Source: Podarcis bocagei (Eukaryota). Taken from it: DNA of 64,000 nt. The DNA lies in NCBI GenBank assembly GCA_964188305.1, contig OZ076897.1; one strand, written 5' to 3'. The translations under genes and the position numbers were made by a program. Position 1 is the first letter of the stretch, and the number at the start of each line of letters is the position of its first letter. Shown here piece after piece: positions 61,290 through 64,000 of this stretch. A model generated the notes under the pieces. It saw nothing but the letters and a program-made list of their open reading frames with translations. It did not search any database and was not told the origin of the DNA.

Positions 61290-61835
61290 CTAATAATAAT
61301 AATAATAATTTTATTATTTATACCCCGCCTATCTGGCTGGGTTTCCTCAGCCACTCTTGTTTGTTGCTTACATCTGTAAATGACAGGATTGGGTAATTAA
61401 TTAATTATACCCCGCCCATCTGGCTGGGTTTCCCCAGCCACTCTGGCCACTCCCAACAGAATACTAAAAACACGATAAAACATCAAACATTAAAAACTTC
61501 CCTAAACACGGCTGCCTTCAGATGTCTTCTAAAAGTCAGATAGTTGTTTATTTCCTTGACATCTGACGGGAGGGCGTTCCACAGGGCGGGCGCCACCACC
61601 GATAAGGCCCTCTGCCTGGTTCCCTGTAACCTCACTTCTCACAGGGAGGGAATGACCAGAAGGCCCTCGGAGCTGGACCTCAGTGTCTGGGCTGAACAAT
61701 GGGGGTGGAGACGCTCCTTCAGGTATACTGGACCGAGGCCTTTTAGGGCTTTAAAGGTCAGCACCAACACTTTGAATTGTGCTCGGAAATGTACTGGCAG
61801 CCAATGTAGGTCTCTCAGGACCAGTGTTATATGGA
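61290..61835 (-). mobile_element. L2 LINE 3' end (terminal segment duplicated)
   Basis: HITLVLRDLHWLPVHFRAQFKVLVLTFKALKGLGPVYLKERLHPH; ATACCCCGCC..ATCTGGCTGGG occurs twice (about 61320 and 61406). Confidence 0.85.
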
Positions 61836-63791
61836 GTGGGAAAAGGGGACTCCTCATGCAACAGGGGCAAGACTGGTACTGAGGTTAAAAAAGGGGAGTA
61901 TGGTGCTTCTGGCTCCTAGCACCATTACAATTGATAATCATACCAGCAGTTAAAAAATTCAAAGCAAGTTTTCAAGATTTTAAAGAGGCAAAAAGAAAAC
62001 GTGCAACATATGGATTCTAGGTAGGAAAGATTTCCTTAATGATTTATAGTTTATTTATTTATAGTTCAGTGAATGTATAAATCAGGGTCTCTTCCCCTCT
62101 AAAATAGGCTTCCAAGGGGATTTAGGCAGAATATCACTTTAGACAACTGAGTTCCCAAATCTTTTCTGCTGCAAAGTGGTGTTAGCGTTGTGCAATTTTT
62201 AAGCAAAGGGGTGCTGCGCTGGAAGTTTGTACTTAACCCTTCTCACTTTTTTGCAAATACAAAACCAGACCATCCAGACCATTTTAGCCCTACCAAGCAC
62301 CCCAGGTTTCAAAGCAACATCATCTTTCTGGTTCATTGTGGTACGGAATGAATAATGGCTGGACCTTATTGTTGCTACTATAGGAGTATTCCAACGCCCC
62401 TGAAATAAACTCTTATTCAGAAAACAAAGAGATGCTGGGGAAATTTAGCCACACAAATATATGAACAGCTGACATATGAAGATAGATGCATGCACCCCTA
62501 AATACAATTTTCACCGATATCAATTTGAGAGAGAAGTTAGTTATTGCAGGTATTGTCTTCAACGTGACAGGCCTAAGTACAGTGTGAACTTGACATCAAC
62601 CCAACATCAGTGAAAGCAAATACTAGGTACAAGTTAGAAAGGTGCCCTAAATTCACAGCTTTCCTTTGACTAGCTCCCTCCATTTTCATTTAGAGAAGGT
62701 TTCGCCATTTGCTTTTGTTTGCCTTAAGGCTTTCCTACAAAAAGCGGTACATTCTCTTCCCAGTCCAAGGAAGTCCTTGAGAACCAAGCTTTTGTGAGCG
62801 TTGTAGATGAAATGTGGGGTATAATGAGGGCAAATTAAATGCAGTTTAAAGCAGTTGGCGGGCCTAAGATTGTGTCCAAATAAAGAATATTGTTGATGAA
62901 AGCAGGACACAGTTCATTCTTTATGTGCTTGTAACCTAATTCAATCAATTTAAATGAATTGCTTGGTGTGAAGGGGTATTTCTAAGACAGATTCTGTGAT
63001 TTACTTCAATAATTCCGGTATTTACGTAAAGTAGCATGCTACAGTGGCATAATAAATGAGGGTTTTCAAAACACTGCTCCCCACTTTAACAGATTTGAAC
63101 ATGGAGCAGTTGCTAAGGTAGTCCTCTGCCCTGATTTTAGGGTTGGGAGACAATTTTGATGCAATTTGCATTTCAATCTGAACCAACCAAACCTGCACCT
63201 TCTGGAACACTAAACAAATCGAAACACAGCCATCATTCAAAATTCACACTGCTCCAAATTTTGCAAAGCAGTTCTCCAGTCAAATAATCTGTGCAAATAA
63301 TGCATATACTAGTGAATAATGCATATACTGCATTAGTGAAAACAGCATACAAGACCATATTAGATTAAGAAAAATCATTTTGCAATTTTTTTGTATTAGG
63401 GACAATTACATATAAACATGTGTTTATTAGGAGAAATCTGCACAAAAATGCTGCGGATTTTTTATTATTTTTTAATTGTTGCAGAGATCTAGGGAACTAA
63501 ATTTAAGACTGGAAAAAATCAAAACCTGGGACAATTGATATGGACTGATCTGTCCATCCCCACCTGCTTTACAGAGGACAATCCTCTATTTGAATGGCTG
63601 GCTACTCCAAGCCTAGCTAAAATCACAGAACTGCAGGTTGGGAGAGAGGCCATGTAGTTGCCCACCAGCAGTTAGCATCCGGAAAGCTGACGGAGCAGGC
63701 ACAGACAGTTCACCTGGTCATAGTGTCCCCCTCTGGTGAAATAGATGTATTCCTATTTAAATTATAGTGATAATTTCTAAATTTGATTGTA

Positions 63792-64000
63792 CAGTGGTAC
63801 CTTGGTTCCCAAATGGCTTGGCTCCCGAATGCCACAAATTGTTCCAGTTTGCGAACGTTTTTTTGAAGCTGAACGTCTGATGTGGCTTCCGCAGCTTCTG
63901 CTTGAGTGCAGAAGACAATAGGAAGCCGCACCTTGGTTTTCGAACCGTTTTCTGGGAGTCAAACAGACTCCCGGAACGGATTAAGTTTGAGAACCAAGAT
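63792..64000. mobile_element. Tc1/mariner MITE (2852 family), runs to the window edge
   Basis: TA|CAGTGGTACCTTGGTTC...GAGAACCAAG. Confidence 0.8.

Noticed and set aside
50317-64000. Further ANO10 exons
   Set aside because: No minus-strand segment resembling the penultimate exon (...IPDKP...LEFESLEALKQQ as recalled) was found by eye; it probably lies beyond the window.

Overview
Vertebrate genomic DNA from a squamate reptile. The Sauria SINEs, BovB, (AAT)n-tailed L2 and Tc1/mariner MITEs suggest a lacertid-type lizard (inference). The window holds a complete SNRK gene on the + strand: CpG-island promoter and non-coding exon 1 at about 12.6-13.2 kb, five coding exons between 19895 and 37546 (2298 nt, 765 aa), and a 3'UTR to about 40.4 kb. 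The terminal coding exon of ANO10/TMEM16K lies tail-to-tail on the - strand (50272-50316), and the rest of the window is probably ANO10 intron. The most striking object is a nested transposon stack between the two genes (45.7-48.6 kb). A BovB 3' fragment contains a non-autonomous retroelement with CTCF and YY1 motifs at its 5' end. That element contains a 1.43-kb hAT element whose interior looks like a captured host CpG-island promoter, with two divergent ZNF143-type motifs and two ATG-plus-splice-donor first-exon-like units (a Pack-TIR-like element). Also notable are a 462-bp Gypsy derivative integrated with two U3 ends in inverted orientation, a 170-bp near-perfect intronic hairpin, and a spliced uORF in the SNRK leader. 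Family names and human comparisons come from memory and pattern recognition, not database searches.
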